Part shown: positions 61,971 to 64,000 of the stretch, piece after piece | How the letters are laid out: the number at the start of each line of letters is the position of its first letter | Numbering within the stretch: position 1 is the first letter of the stretch | Source of the DNA: the human T2T-CHM13v2.0 reference genome, Homo sapiens | NCBI RefSeq assembly: GCF_009914755.1 | Contig: NC_060931.1 | Reading direction: 5' to 3' (one strand) | Length of the DNA: 64,000 nt | The notes under the pieces: generated by a model | Databases searched by the model: none | What the model was told of the DNA's origin: nothing | What the model saw: only the letters and a program-made list of their open reading frames with translations | Made by a program: the position numbers and the translations under genes

Positions 61971-62030
61971 GAGCTTACTTAAACTTTTTTGTTTGAGATG
62001 GAGTCTCATGCTGTCACCCAGGCTGGGTGA

Positions 62031-63804
<1,774 letters not shown>

Positions 63805-64000
63805 GGCCGGGCACGGTGGCTCACGCCTGTAATCCCAGCACTTTGGGAGGCCGAGGCAGGCGGATCACAAGGTCAAGAGATTGAGACCATCCTGGCTAAC
63901 GTGGTGAAACCCCATCTCTACTAAAAATACAAAAAAAAAAAAAAAATTAGCCGGGCGCGGTGGCGGGCACCTGTAGTCCCAGCTACTCAGGAGGCTGAGG

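Overview
Human (primate) genomic DNA, very Alu-rich, containing the complete KCTD7 gene on the + strand; from recall this is 7q11.21, upstream of RABGEF1. The four coding exons (20713-20856, 24923-25092, 29913-30091, 30516-30892) total 870 nt and encode a 289-aa BTB/POZ protein. Upstream lie an older SVA, an LTR5 solo LTR and other LTR/MER elements. Downstream is a mosaic of duplicated blocks: (1) a second CpG-island promoter inside a 4.16-kb Alu-bounded block with a perfect 17-bp target-site duplication, splitting an old L1; (2) nested Alu-mediated tandem duplications; (3) a 1.8-kb copy of KCTD7 intron 2 that starts at a fold-back palindrome. The best leads are that imported promoter, a splice donor embedded in the KCTD7 stop codon (predicted 288/289/345-aa C-termini), an open alternative frame on exon-2 skipping, an intronic poly(A) hairpin and an in-frame uORF. 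I see no evidence of a wholly new gene family, RNA gene or CRISPR-type system. Repeat subfamily names are from memory of consensus sequences, and some isoforms proposed here may already be annotated.
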